Source: Octopus vulgaris
Taxonomy: Eukaryota
Direction: 5' to 3'
Assembly (NCBI GenBank): GCA_951406725.2
Contig: OX597826.1
Coordinates: forward strand, 50,716,001-50,780,000
Length of the DNA stretch: 64,000 nt
Shown piece by piece: positions 25,392-38,629 of this stretch. The position numbers and the translations under genes were made by a program. How positions within the stretch are numbered: position 1 is the first letter of the stretch; the number at the start of each line of letters is the position of its first letter. A model generated the notes under the pieces. The model made no database searches and was not told the origin of the DNA. It saw nothing but the letters and a program-made list of their open reading frames with translations.

Positions 25392-26222
25392 GGGGCAAAA
25401 TGAGTAATTTCTGATTTCTTGTCATTGTCTCCCTATCTGTTTCAAATCTTTACATTGCAAGTATTGCACCATTATTTTATACGGTTGCATCATCTTTGAG
25501 AGTAAAAACTGATCAGCATAGTTGTTGTTGTTGAAGTTGAGTAAGTTTGAAACATAGTCAGGTGACAGGCACTTTTTTTTCTTTACAAGAAATTTTTCAA
25601 CTTTGACCCAATTGTAACTGAGATTGCTAATAAAGCATCTGGATAATTTTGGGTGATTAGCAATCAATATTTTCAATGTTGGATTCCAAGTCGATTTTTT
25701 TTCCCCCCACACTAATGTTTAATTTGATCATTTTCAGTTTTCAAAACATGATGTCTAAAATGGGACAAAATAAATGACTAATTTCAATAAAATTTTCTCT
25801 TTAACTGCATGGTACATAAATGTATCAGGAAGAGGGCCACTCCAGCAGACCATGAAGGAGCTATAGAGAATATTTAAAACTGCTTTTTTAGATTTAGTTG
25901 AGTTTCATTAATTTCATATCACGTGCATCTTGCATCTTTTCACATCATGTGTCATCTTCTCATGATCCTCTTTCATTTTGTTGCATTTCTGATCTTTCTG
26001 AAAATTGAAGGGTGGATACTGATATGTATGAGTTTTTATTTTCAAATGTAACTCTGGAGAACTGAAGTGGCAAATTTACCTTATCTTGTCTTAGTCATAG
26101 TCATTTTGATCCAGCTAAATTTGTCTTTTATATGCTCAAAGAGAATTACTTTTCTGTAAAGTAACTGCTTGCATTTAGAACAAGCTACTTTGCATGTTGC
26201 AAAATCAGTGGCTGAATGTTGC

Positions 26223-26267
<45 letters not shown>

Positions 26268-26725
26268 GAACTGGAACGAATGACTGCCATGTCTAGTAGA
26301 CAGGTGTCCAGTACTGAGAAAGGGTAAGATCCTGAAACCAGATCTCGTCTACTGGTCTTGTCACCGCTGGATGGGAGGGGTTCGCTCCCTTGCTCGCAAT
26401 ATACCCGACACTAGTTTTGTGTTGTTGTTAACCAGCTGGAGGAGGTGTCCTCCTGAAGTTAAAAAAAAGTAGTAACATTGTTCCATACGGAACAGCCATG
26501 GTGATGTGGCAACAAACATCATTTTCAGTAGAGTTATTACTTGCATTTCTATAAGAAATTTTAGAACTAGCTACTTTGCTTGTTCTGATGATGTTATACT
26601 ATCATTAATGCAATTAAAAACGGTCATTTGCTTAGCTGATAAAGGTTTTGTAAGATAGCGAACATTTATAAGTAATATATTTCTCATAAAGTTAAAAATG
26701 CAGTAAATCTTACTCATTTTGCCCC
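25392..26725. mobile_element. Probable pogo-like non-autonomous DNA transposon hosting the Penelope-like remnant
   Basis: Perfect 16-bp inverted repeat GGGGCAAAATGAGTAA at 25392-25407 / 26710-26725; exact termini uncertain. Confidence 0.55.
26308..26355 (+). ncRNA. Degenerate minimal hammerhead ribozyme (Penelope-type)
   Basis: CCAGTA-CTGAGAA-AGGG-TAAGA-TCCT-GAAA-C-CAGATCTC-GTC-TACTGG. Perfect 6-bp stem I, 4-bp stem II, GUC triplet, near-palindromic stem III. The core deviates from CUGANGA. Lies just after a (TA)n tract. Confidence 0.6.
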
Positions 26726-27829
26726 TCACCCCACGCAATGTATTACTAATTATTGTTGTTTAACCCCAGGTCAGCTTTGATGCAACATTCAAATGATAAA
26801 AGACGTTTCACCCACGACTATTCCATCCTATTTTTCAAGTTTGGTTTAACCTGGACAACGTTATCCAATAAACTGTGACGATGGCTAGTTTGGAACGCGA
26901 CATAGTTACGATTGGAAAGCTTTTGAAAATAAAACTGTCACGGCTGGAATCTCTTTAGAATACAAAATGGTTGTCACGGCTGGAGCGCCTTTAAAGAAAT
27001 ATTGGCATATACAGAAAAGAAGCATGTATTTTAGCGTGTTTGCACACGACGAACTCGCAATTGAATCGATGTTATTATCCATTTTGAGCTTTTTTTCACA
27101 TTTCAGCTGCTGACCTATGACATACCAGCTTAAGGTTCAAGAAACCTGAATAATGTGGTCCTAGAGACACTATGCCAGGAAAACGAGCAAAAAAAGAAAA
27201 GTAAAAGCGAAAAGGAAGAGTGTCAACAACATCGAAATACCACCGCTTTTTTTTTATAAAGAAAAAAAAAAATGTATCGTTAAAAAGTTTGAATGAAAGA
27301 AGAAAAGAGTTGTGAGATTGTCAAAATTGAAGATTGGAATTTGAATTTGCGTTTTGATATTTAACAAATGGTTGGGAAAAAGAAAAGAAAAAGAATCATG
27401 AGTAAACATAGACAGAAAGGAAACTAGAGTTGGATTCATCTATAGATTTGACAGGTCGAAGGCTTTTGAGGTCAACATTTTATACATTTCTAGTCACGAT
27501 GGTTAGGAATAGGGCTAGTTTATTTTGTCTCTTTGTCTTCTCTCCTGGTGCTGTATCAACATTTAATGTGGTTTCAGAGTTAGGTTTTGGCTGCTATTTC
27601 TAGCGTGATAGTATCTCTTAGATACTATAATATAATAATGAAATTATTGTATACAGTGCTCAGGTGCACCACAACTTGTCAGAAAGTGCATATAAAGTAC
27701 ATGCAGTAATGTAAAAATGTCTGGAAAGCGAACAATGTGAGTCAGATACATGCTTGTGTGTGTATGGAGAGGAAAATCTTAATTATAATTTTAATAATTA
27801 ATTATAACATGCATGTCATATGCATGTAT

Positions 27830-28410
27830 ATTTATATGTATGTGTGTGTGTATATGTTTGTGTGTCTGTGTTTGTCCCCCCAACATCGATGCTGGTGTGT
27901 TTACGGCCCTGTAACCTAGCATTTCGGCAAAAGAGACTGATAGAATAAGTACTAGGCTTACAAAGAATAAGTCCTGGGGTCGATTTGCTCGACTAAAAGC
28001 GGTGCTCCAGTATGGCCGCAATCAAATGACTGCAACAAGTCAGTTAATATATGTTTCAGTCATTTGACTGCGACCATGCTGGAGCACCGCCTTTAGTCGA
28101 GCAAATCGACCCCAGGACGTATTCTTTGTAAGCCCAGTACTTATTCTATCGGTTTCTTTTGCCGAACCGCTAGAGTACAGGGACATAGACACACCAACAT
28201 CAGTTGTCAAGCGATGTTGGGGGGACAAACACAGACACACAAACATATACACACATACATACGACGGGCTTCTTTTAGTTTCCGTCTACCAAATCCCCTC
28301 ACAAGGCTTTGGTCGGCCCGAGGCTATAGTAGAAGACACTTGCCCAAGAATTGAACCCGGAAACATGTGGTTGGTAAGCAAGCTGCTTACCACACAGCCA
28401 CTCCTGCGCC
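27830..28410. mobile_element. Two family A SINEs tail-to-tail (+ ~27830-28040; - ~28052-28410)
   Basis: Same family sequence in opposite orientations, about 10 nt apart. Confidence 0.85.
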
Positions 28411-28733
28411 AATACTGTTTACATTTTTTTTTAAAGGTGAGAAAGAATATACAGGATAATGTAGTCCTATATGCAACATTATCTGAAAATTGGGATGCTC
28501 ATGGCTGGAACGCCTTTGATCATAGGACTGACCTGGGCTAAACATCAACAACACCGATATCAATCGGTTAGAAAATAGCAACCAATTCTTCCCGTAGTAC
28601 TTTTAAAATGTCAGAATGGATAATGTCATCATAGATAAAAAAAAGATGACGGGATGGTCAAGGTTGGAACGCCTCTGATTTCAATTGTACTATACACGAA
28701 ATGAATAAAAAAAATAGCTAAACAATTACTTAC

Positions 28734-28930
28734 TTGTCAGAAGTAATTTCCTTTCTCGGAAAGACGTAGAGAGTGAATATTATCGGAAGTTCGACTACAA
28801 CAATGATTTATCATCGATGTTTTACTTTCAGTTGTCATGTGACAAACGAGGTTTGCTTACAAACACGAGCTATACCGGTGTAGCACGAAAGGTCAGTCCC
28901 TTGTGTAAAGATTACCGTAGCATGTGACAT
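28734..28930 (-). promoter_or_regulatory. Candidate TMEM144 non-coding first exon and promoter
   Basis: Unique, CpG-containing island among repeats. Consensus donor AA|gtaagtaa on minus at 28733. Contains GTCATGTGAC (28834-28843), CATGTGAC (28921-28928) and CGGAAG motifs. The first coding exon has an upstream acceptor, so a 5' exon is required. Confidence 0.45.
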
Positions 28931-29586
28931 CACATTAGCCGTCATAATCAGTATCAATCTTATCACCAAACTGCTCTTCCTTCTTTTCACTACCAACATC
29001 ATTTTTAATATGATGTAACTGTAGTTTATTGCTTGAGAGGCCAATCGTAATTTTCCTTTAGTTAAATTAATAAACTCACACACATACAGACAGACAGAAG
29101 AGGTCGACTGTTTAGATATTTACGTGGCCCAGTGCTGCCTTGTGCTTTTGGTAATTACTAAAGGCGAAGAAATTATATTGGACCTTGGTACAATATTTCT
29201 GTTCACTGATCGCATAGCCTCTATATACTCATTTTTTGATCTGATATTTTTGAAAGGAAATGTATTTAAACTATAAATATTGAACCTAATTCAAATATTT
29301 TGTTTCCAAGACGAATCCCGACCGCTTTAAACACCCAGCGCCTTCCTCATCTCATAATAGCAACCGAGAGGTCCTTTCTGCCCCTCTGCAAGCTTACAAC
29401 TCTCAGAAGAGCCTCATTAAGTTAAGAACCACAATTCAGATGTTTAGTCTTTGCAGTAGTTGGCTTTTGATAACAAAAGGTTTTAATTAATTGATATAGG
29501 GTCTATAGTGCAAGCAGGGACAAAAATGGACATACATCTTCGCTATCGAGACGAAATTGTAGAACAAGCTATTTGTCTCTTGGAGC

Positions 29587-29966
29587 TCTTTACTCTTTTA
29601 CTTGTTTCAGTCATTTGACTGCGGCCATGCTGGAGCACCGCCATTAGTCGAGCAACTCGACCCCAGGACTTATTCCTTGTAAGCCTTGTACTTATTCTAT
29701 CGGTATCTTTTGCCGAACTGCTAAGTTACGGGGATGTAAACACACCAGCATCGGTTGTCAAGCGATGTTGTTGGTGGTGGTGGTGGGGACAAACACAGAC
29801 ACACAAACATACATATACATATATATTACGGGCTTCTTTCAGTTTCCATCTACCAAATCCACTCACAAGGCTTTGGTCGGCCCGAGGCTATAGTAGAAGA
29901 CACTTGCCCAAGGTGCTACGCAGTGGGACTGAACCCGGGACCATGTGGTTGGTAAGCAAGCTACTT
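29587..29966 (-). mobile_element. Family A SINE truncated in its tRNA head by the Tx1-like LINE
   Basis: Matches family A up to ...CAAGCTACTT, then switches to LINE sequence. Confidence 0.85.
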
Positions 29967-31799
29967 TATTCTATGAAAATTCACCATTAAGGCGTTACAT
30001 AGAGGGGACATACAAATACAGACAAACATATAGGGTGTAGTAGCTTAAAATGTTTTAGTATTTACAATATAATGTGTACAATATTTACAATATAAAGTTT
30101 AGAAATTTAATATCTCATAGTAGGGCAAGGAACCCAGCACTCTGGGTAGAACCTTTACTTCTTGATCCGGCCACACTTACCTGGTGCCCAATATACCCAG
30201 CTTGCAAGCTACAGACTTCCATCTTTTCACAAACATATCCCGTGACAGACACCTCTTCTCCAGCCTGATCTTACTACCGAGGTGGTAACTAAAAAAGTTA
30301 ACCAACCCCTGGTCGGATACAAATGTACCTGTCACTATACCTTTCGTACGCGTCTTCCATACTGTTTCTTTCAGTATGGCTACTACGCAGGAAAAACAAG
30401 CCTTCCTTTCCCTGCTGAGGAAAGGAGGTGGCACAATCTCAATGATAGACACCGCTGATAGCTGTACTCTTTCACTCACTGACAACGGTTGTTCGGCAAA
30501 AGCAATCAGTCCCGATAACTTCGGGCACTCCACGAATGCGTGCAAGACGGTTTACCTATCCCGCTCACATCGCGGACATGTCGGCGAGACGGCACTCCCG
30601 TGCCTTGACAGCTTGTCGCGAACAGGTAACGCCGCACGGAAACACTGCCAGGCTCGGGATTTCTGGTAATTATCCAGATACCCCGGTCCGAACGTTCTCC
30701 GGAACAGGTTGACCAACTGATTTTCATCGTAGCCCAGGGTCTCTCCCAAGGCGTCTTCGGACTTAACCTCCACTAACCCGCTATAGAAATCCGCGGTGGA
30801 ACTCCTGTTGCCAGCATTGCCCGCCCGAGAGAGTAGCTGAAGTGCCTGGCGGCACTCCAATTCCCAGTCCCCCAGCCTAGGTCTCTGCTTGATCCAATTA
30901 CCAATGTCCGTTAAGGACGTTAATTGCGGAAGGTAGAACCGAACGTGCGGTGACCACACTGCTCTCCATCCAAGTAAAGCCAGAGGTGCCTCAACCTTAA
31001 CGCGAATTTTCGCATCTTCAGCCAAGGTATCCCTAGCCCACCCTTTAGCGGTTTCTGGCAGCAGACAGAGCGCTTTACAAGTGGCTTTCCTCCTTTCCAC
31101 AAAAAGCGGGAAAGGATTCTCTCCAACTTGTTCAGCCACATATCGGGGCAAGGCACCACGGTCAGACGGTAGGTGACTACTGATGCTATGAACATCTGCA
31201 CCACCTCCGCCCTCCCTAGCAGGGATAACGCCCGTCCATACCGGGTCTGGGTTAGAGCGGTCACCCTGCCGGCCACCTCACTCCAATTTTTCTCTATCTG
31301 GAGGTCTGGCCCGAACCAGACTCCGAGCAGCTTAACAGGACCTTCCGTCCAACGCCCCACGACGTTATTAGACGGCATCGGCTTGCCCCTTCAGGTGCCG
31401 AGTTGCAAACCGACCGATTTGTCCTTGTTAACCTTTGCTCCTGCCACCGCCTCGTAGCTTTTGATGGCCCCTTCCACCACTGGAAGCTGGCCTTCATCTG
31501 ACACGATGATGGAGATGTCATCCGCGTACGCCGTAGCTCCTCTTCCACACCATAGATCATGCGGTGCGCCCCCTAGTGCCTCCAACTTCCGCAGCAAAGG
31601 CTCAAGAGCCAACACATATAGAAGCGGGGACAGGAGACAACCCCGACGAACTGAACACTCGATCCTGAACAGCTTCGAAAGGAAACCGTTCACCTTGACG
31701 ACAGACTCGATGTCGCTATAAAAAGCAGCGATCCAACCTCGAAAGGTCGGGCCCAGGCCAGCCTCCCCAAGGACCGCCGCCCTATCAAATGCCTTAGAC
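29967..31799 (-). mobile_element. L1/Tx1-clade LINE, 3' part of ORF2 (RT and zf-RVT), frameshifted, cut by an assembly gap
   Basis: SVRRGCLLSPLLYVLALEPL, AYADD, VKLLGVWFG, GGLGIP, CPRC...HAFVECP; GC-rich; AATAAA at the 3' junction. Confidence 0.9.
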
Positions 31800-31899
31800 N
31801 NNNNNNNNNNNNNNNNNNNNNNNNNNNNNNNNNNNNNNNNNNNNNNNNNNNNNNNNNNNNNNNNNNNNNNNNNNNNNNNNNNNNNNNNNNNNNNNNNNN
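31800..31899. other. Assembly gap
   Basis: Run of 100 N. Confidence 1.
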
Positions 31900-32043
31900 T
31901 TATTTAATCAACACCGAAAGGATGAATGGCAAAGTCGACCTCGGCGGAATTTGAACTCAGAACGTAGCGGCAGTCAAAATACCGCTAAGCATTTCTCCCG
32001 GCGTGCTAACGATTCTGCCAGCTCGCCTAAAATAATAATAATA

Positions 32044-32358
32044 AGAGAACTCAGAGAGCGCAAACCTCAGCCAAGGCAACACCAACGTCCTCTCAACGAT
32101 TAGCCGGAGATGATTTTTAAAATGAGAATATCTGAAATAAACTCGACTGCTCTCATAAACGGGAATACTAAAAATGAACACGACTGCTCTCAAAAACCCT
32201 AACCCGGTACCGCATCGATCCCAAAATCTAATCAGTTCGTGCCAGTCACGAGGCCAAACATCTCTGAAAGTTTCATCAGAATCCATCCAACTGTTCAGAT
32301 ATCTTGTGCACGGACCAACAAACAAACAAACGCGACTGAAAACAATACCTCCGCCTTA
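32044..32358 (+). mobile_element. Helentron-associated (HINE/DINE-like) non-autonomous element
   Basis: AAGTTTCATCAGAATCCATCC...AGATATC core, (CAAA)n microsatellite, GAAAACAATACCTCCGCC end, related CCTCAGCC near the other end. Confidence 0.6.
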
Positions 32359-34047
32359 ATAATAATAATTTAACGTCCGTTTTCCATGCTGGGATGGGTT
32401 GGACTGTTTGGCAGAAGACTGCATCAAGCTTTACTGTCTGTTTTGGTGTGGTTTTTACGACTGAATGCCCTTCTTAACTCCAACCATCCCATAAAGGCTA
32501 AAGGATATTGAAATTGAGACATATTGTTGGTCTGCAGAAAAGTGCAATCCTGTCTGCTGCAAAAATCCCAAGAAAGATTCTTGAGACTTAAGGATTTTGT
32601 CTCAATACATCATCGCTGCTGATATAGCATGTAATAGCTTTATAATGGTTTCAAATTTTGGCACAGGGCCAGCAGTTTTTGATTGGAAGTCCATTACACC
32701 GACCCTAGTTCTTGACTGATACTTATTTTACCGTTCCTGAAAGAAAGAAAAGCAAAGTCGACCTCAGCAGAATTTGAACTCAGATCATAAAGATGGACGA
32801 AATGCTGCTAAGTGTTTTGTTTGGCGTGCTAACAATTCTGCCAATTCGCCGCCTTCAATAGCTTCACAATAATAACGAACTTATTGTATACAGACTCAGG
32901 TGTACAACTCTTCAAAAAAAAGTGTAAAAGCGAAGATAGAAAGCGGCAATAAATAAAGTAAACTAATGATAGCGATGAAATTCAAAAGTTCATGCTTGGT
33001 ACATAGAAAATTAACTAGTAAAAGAGACGTTTTCTTTTAACTTTAACTATATCTATGATCTCACTTTTAGCTTCTCTCTATATATTGGCCATTGCAAACT
33101 CCTGTTAGAGTTTATTGCCACTTCTACAATATGTCTCGTCTACATACAAACTGGTTGCTTGAACACTAACGCGTTCTCTCCGTTTTGGAGGACATTGCAT
33201 TTTCTCCCCCGCCCCATTGTTAAAAAGAGAGCGAAGTGTTCCACCTGAAACCTTCTCCGTAACTAATTTAGCTATGCTACAGCCCACGCTCCAATAATTA
33301 CTGTTTTCACTCCAGTCTTCGTTCCCATTTCCAACTAAATTCACTCATTCAATATATTCGACGTCTCGGTTGAGGCTGTAATTAAAAGTTACGTCCCTTT
33401 AGTCTTTACTCCATCAGTTTCTTTATTAACGCAATCTTTGTTCTGTTGATGATAATTTTGTGATAACAGTTTTACACGTTTTGCTATTGTCATTTAGCCC
33501 TAGGTTGCTCTGATCGATCAGAATCATGAATAAAAGCGTTCCAGCCGTGACCATCCTGTCATTTTCCAGGCACATTGCATACAAGTCGCTATTATCCAAT
33601 GTGGCTTTTCTAAGGACCAAAGTGTCATTTGAGAAAGATTTAGCTACTATTTCTAGCAACTTCATCGACTACACAGATTCCAATAACCGATATTGTTTTC
33701 ATTTTTCATGCTGATTTTGTTCAAAGTTGCTGTTGTTCATCTGGTGGAGCAGAGATGACCATTTCATCTTTTTGTCCAACATACTTTAGACAGTAGGCTG
33801 TAATGTGAAGGTGATTTGTCTGCTACATCTAGCATATCAAACGACAGGGTTGAAGTGTCCTAGTTAGCTCGTTAATAGTAACTAATATGAAATAATTAAC
33901 CTACTATAAGAAGAATTAGTGTAGTACTTATAAGAACCAGCCTGCTGTAACTATTAGGAATTGTGGGGGTACTCTTGATTCTTGCTGTTATTTCAAGAGC
34001 TACAACAAAAATAATATTTTAAGTTGATGATCAGTCATTTCTAACTT

Positions 34048-34448
34048 GCGCAGGTGTGGTTGTGTAGTATGAAGCTTGCTTCCCAATCATGGTCCTGGGT
34101 TCAGTTCCACTGCGTGGTACCTTGGCCAAGTTTCTTCTACTATGGCCTTGGGCCAACCAAAGCCTTGTGAGTGGATTTGGTAGATGGAAACTGAAACAAG
34201 CCCATTGTGTATATATATATATGTGTGTGTGTGTTTGTGTCTGTTTGCACCCCCTTCCATCACTGCTTGACAACTAGTATTGGTGTGTTTATGCCCCCAT
34301 GACTTAGCAGTTTGGCAATAGAGACCAATAGGATAAGTACTAGGCTTTAAAAAAAAAATAAGTACTTGGGCCGATTTGTTTGGCTAAACTCCTTCAAGGT
34401 GGTGCTCCAGTATGGTTGCACTCAAATGACAAACAAAAGAATAAAAGA
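34048..34448 (+). mobile_element. Family A SINE
   Basis: Family similarity. Other copies at ~19728-20097(+), 35860-36228(-), 39843-40620(-), 51340-51670(-), 52530-52876(-), 53478-53840(-), 63680-63870(+). Confidence 0.85.
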
Positions 34449-37400
34449 CTGCAATAATGGTTTCTTGACAACCTCAGAATGCTGAACCTTTCAGATGGGA
34501 TGACAAAGGCCCAAGATAGCTTGCACCTTACTGTACTCAAGAAGACCTGTTCTCCTCAGCAAAAGTGTTAAGGTTGCAATCCCTGGTGAAGAGGATTGGG
34601 CTACAAGCATCCTGTGCTGGTGCCACGTTTAAAGCACCCAGCACACACTGTAAAGCGGTTGGTGTTAGGAAGGGCATCCAACCATAGAAACCAAACTAAA
34701 TGAAACTGGAACATGATGCAGTTCTTGTCAAACCATCCAACCCATGACAGCATGGAAAACAGATGTTAAAGGATGATGATGTACCAAACTCTAAAATTAT
34801 AAGGGAGGAGTCTAGTCAATTAAATCCACTGCTAATATATTAGTCATACATATTAAGGACCCATGGAGGAATGAAGGGCAAAAATCAACCTTAGTAGGAC
34901 TTGAATTTGAATTTAAAGAGATAAAACATAATATTAAGTATATAGTACATGAAAAATTCAAATACATGGGACGTACTAAATTGATCACACTTTAAAGATA
35001 TTGGCATTAAATTCATAAAAGTGGAGTTAGAGTAATGTTAAAATTCTTTTTTCACAACAGATGAAACTTGCCCTGAAATATAATTTGTATAATTTGGTTA
35101 AAAAAATATTTAATTTTATGTGTGAGTGTGTGCATGCGTGCACGTTAAATGCTTGTATTTTTAAAAATCAGGACATAAATTGACTAAAAAACACTTTGGG
35201 TTTTCATATTTTTCACAAGTTCCTTTTTTATTTTTTCAGTTGATAAAGAAATAGAATGTATTTGATAATTTGTACAAATAATTCTTGAAAATACAGTTTC
35301 CAGCAAAAATTTCATCTGCAAATGTATTAAGTTTAGTTTGGGGCATATAAGTGACTGAGATTGCCCCTGGATGGGAGACCAGTCCATTGCAGGGTTACTC
35401 ATAATCGAGTGGACTGGAACAATATCAAATGAAATGCTTTTACTCAAAAGCACCATGCATCACCTGGTCCAGGAATTAAAATCACAACCTTGTGATCCTG
35501 AGTGCAACCTCCCCTTATCATTAGGCCACATACCTTCACAATCTAGAAGTGTTTGTAAAGGTTTCAAATATGCAAATTAGTCCCAATCATTTTTCAAACT
35601 CTATAAATCAGTTATATATTTTACCATGTTTGAAAAGAAATGTATGGTTATGTCCCTCAGTAGCAAACCATCTGTTTCAATAATAAACACCAAAAATGCT
35701 AAATAGTACTAACCTTTCTATGTTAATACTGTTGGTGCAACTAACTTGCCTCTGTTATTTCCTTGTGCATTGCTCTAAATTGTACAGAAAATCTAAATAT
35801 TCCAGTAGAATACCTGTACTTTGTAGGTTCAAAATACCTTTTTTTTTTTTTTTTTTTTTTTACTTTTCACTTGTTTGTCAGACTGTGGCCATGCTGGAGC
35901 ATCACCTTGGAGAACTTTTAGTCAAACGAATCAACCAGAGTACTTACATTTTTAAACCTGGTACTTATATCAGTCTCTTTTGCCAAACCACTATATTACG
36001 GGGACATAAACACACCAGCACTGGTTGTCAAGCGGTGGTGGCACGCATACACATAGATATATACAATGGGCTTCTTTCAGTTTCCATCTGTCGAATCCAC
36101 TCACAAGGTTTTGGTTGGGCTGAGGCTTTAGTAGAAGACACTTGCCCAAAGTGTCACACAGTGGGATTGTACCCAGAACCATGTGGTTGGGAAGCTAGCT
36201 TCTTACCCCACAGTCACACCATACTCCAGTTTTTTAAAGAAAAATCTATCAAAAACAAAACAAAAAATACCTACAAATCCAACAATTTTAAGTAAGGTAC
36301 TGTATTTGATGTCATAAAAAACACACTGGCATATTAGACATATTCCAATTTCAGTAGTGCATATTCAGATAAAAAATCTTTAGTGCATTTAAAGCATGTA
36401 ATACAAGACCAACTTTGCATAGAGGATCTGGGGTGGGTTTTTTTTATTAGATATTTTCTGGAAAATAAAGTGTGTCTTATATGCTATCATATTGTATGTC
36501 AAATGATTGAAAGAAACTATTTTTGAAAACTGGTCATGTGACAATAGGTACAAACGTTGACATGGAAGAAATAACAGCTTATTCTATCTCAAATCATGCC
36601 CATCGTCTAAAAGAAAGAAAAAACACTTTAGATAAAGTATTCATAGATACACAAAAAGAAGTGATTGCTAAGTTTGCATATGGATGAGGAGAGCTACATA
36701 AAAAAAGTGACAGTCCCTAACATAGGAAAGAATCTGTGGAAGGAGTAGACCCAAGAAGACATGGGGCAAGGTGTGAAATGTGATCTTTGGATGTTGAGTA
36801 TCACGAGGGTGATGACATGTGACCAGGCATCTGGTGAATTGCTGTGTTTAAGAAGACATGTCAAGCTAAGTGAAATTATGGTCATGGCCTAATGCTGGTG
36901 ACATGAATGGCCCTTTACCAGTGACAGATAATAGGCACCCATGCTAGTGACTTGTTAAAGGCATCCAGAACACACTGTGGAGTGGTTGGCATTAGGAATG
37001 GCATCCAGCTGTAGAAACCAAGCCAAAACTGACAGCAGTCTGGTGCAGCTCTTTAGCTTACCATCTCAATCAAACCATCTAACCCATGCCAGCATGGAAA
37101 ATGGACGTTAAATGATGAGGGAAAGCCTTTGATCATAAGTTTGTACAAGTGGGAATGAACAACAACCTATTGTATAATTAGGTCATTTAAAGCAGGCCAC
37201 TTAAAACAATGATCTTTACCAACTGACAGGACATGAGTCAACCTATTTTAATGTAATTAGGTGTCAGGTGACTGTTATGAGTGTTTTGGAGGGAGGAAGG
37301 GAGACCTGGGGGAATATATGAACCATTGCTCCAATAGACCTTGGCACCATGTCAACTCAGAAGACAGCTGTGATTGTTGACTACATTGTAGCTGTACCTT

Positions 37401-38629
37401 TGTTTGGGTTGTGATCTGTCATTTACTCCAAGAATTGGATTAGTATTACAACAGACTGAGCTGATGAGAAGAGCTTCTTTGAGGTTGTCTGACATGCTAG
37501 AAATAGCAACTACATCTTTATCACTGTCTTAAAAAAAAATGAAAGGACACTTCATAATGTAGTCTTAGAAGTAGACTACATAATGTAGCCAGAAGTGAAT
37601 GACCAAATGTTCATGGTTGGAACACCTTTGATTGTTGTAGGTGACAACTCGCTCAGGTTAAATGATATTTGCAAACACACTCTTATTTTACACATGATTA
37701 ATGATATTTCTACATGGCTGCCATTACTGGAGCAAATTAGTTTTTTGCCAGGTTAGATTTTTTTCTCCATCATTTGAAACCATTTATCTCCAATCCCAGC
37801 TGTTCTGGGATAGTTTGCATCTATATATAATTCTTCTTACTTTATTACAGTGTTGGGAACAAGTTTAAAAAGTTTAAAACCCTCTCAATTTCATTAAACT
37901 TAGCAGTTTGTTTGTCCCTTTTTTTTCACAACCCCCTTCTGCGAGAAACACTGACTACTTCTTCCCTCATTCAGTTATGCAGTTCTTAACACTGTGAGAC
38001 AAATGTTTCTATGTAAATCATTTTTCACTCATGACAGCACCTGTTTAGTTGGCTAGTGGTTTTTTGTTTCTTAGCATTAATTTTTTTTTTACTTATGATG
38101 ATTTCTATTAACTTTTTTGCCACAGTAATGAGAGATATCAATTCAAAGTTTATTTACCCTTAACTGTGGAAAACAGTTTTATATATCAGTTTATCTTTTG
38201 TTGAGGAATCTCACGTCTGAAACTACTTTTTTGTTGAGATATGTTCAGTTTATTGAGGCAAGATGACCTAGAGAAAGTACCAGTTCTATTTTCTGTAGCA
38301 TCATTATTCAATTTAATATTGTAGTTAAAGGGTTATCAGATAAAATCACAATGTACAACAAAAAGTATGTCTTCAAAAATCTCCCCACCCAATATACTGC
38401 TGACTTATTAGCTTAGCATATAAGTTTAGCTTCCTAAGACTAGGGTTGGCTTTATTGGAGTCATTTCTCATTGCTATCTTTGGCAGAGAAAAGAGAAGTT
38501 GTGATGTTCATACCTTCTTCAAAAACTTTAAAATGTCAATGAATTGAAGAATGATTGGGAATTGAAAAATCCATTGTTGGCATGGTTCACCAACTATTTA
38601 CATCTCTTTGATTCACGTACACAATGAAT

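Noticed and set aside
33105-33344. 79-aa minus-strand ORF in unique sequence
   Set aside because: Non-ATG start and no homology; more plausibly promoter or UTR sequence.
35696-36295. 199-aa ORF
   Set aside because: Reads through poly-T and an antisense family A SINE.
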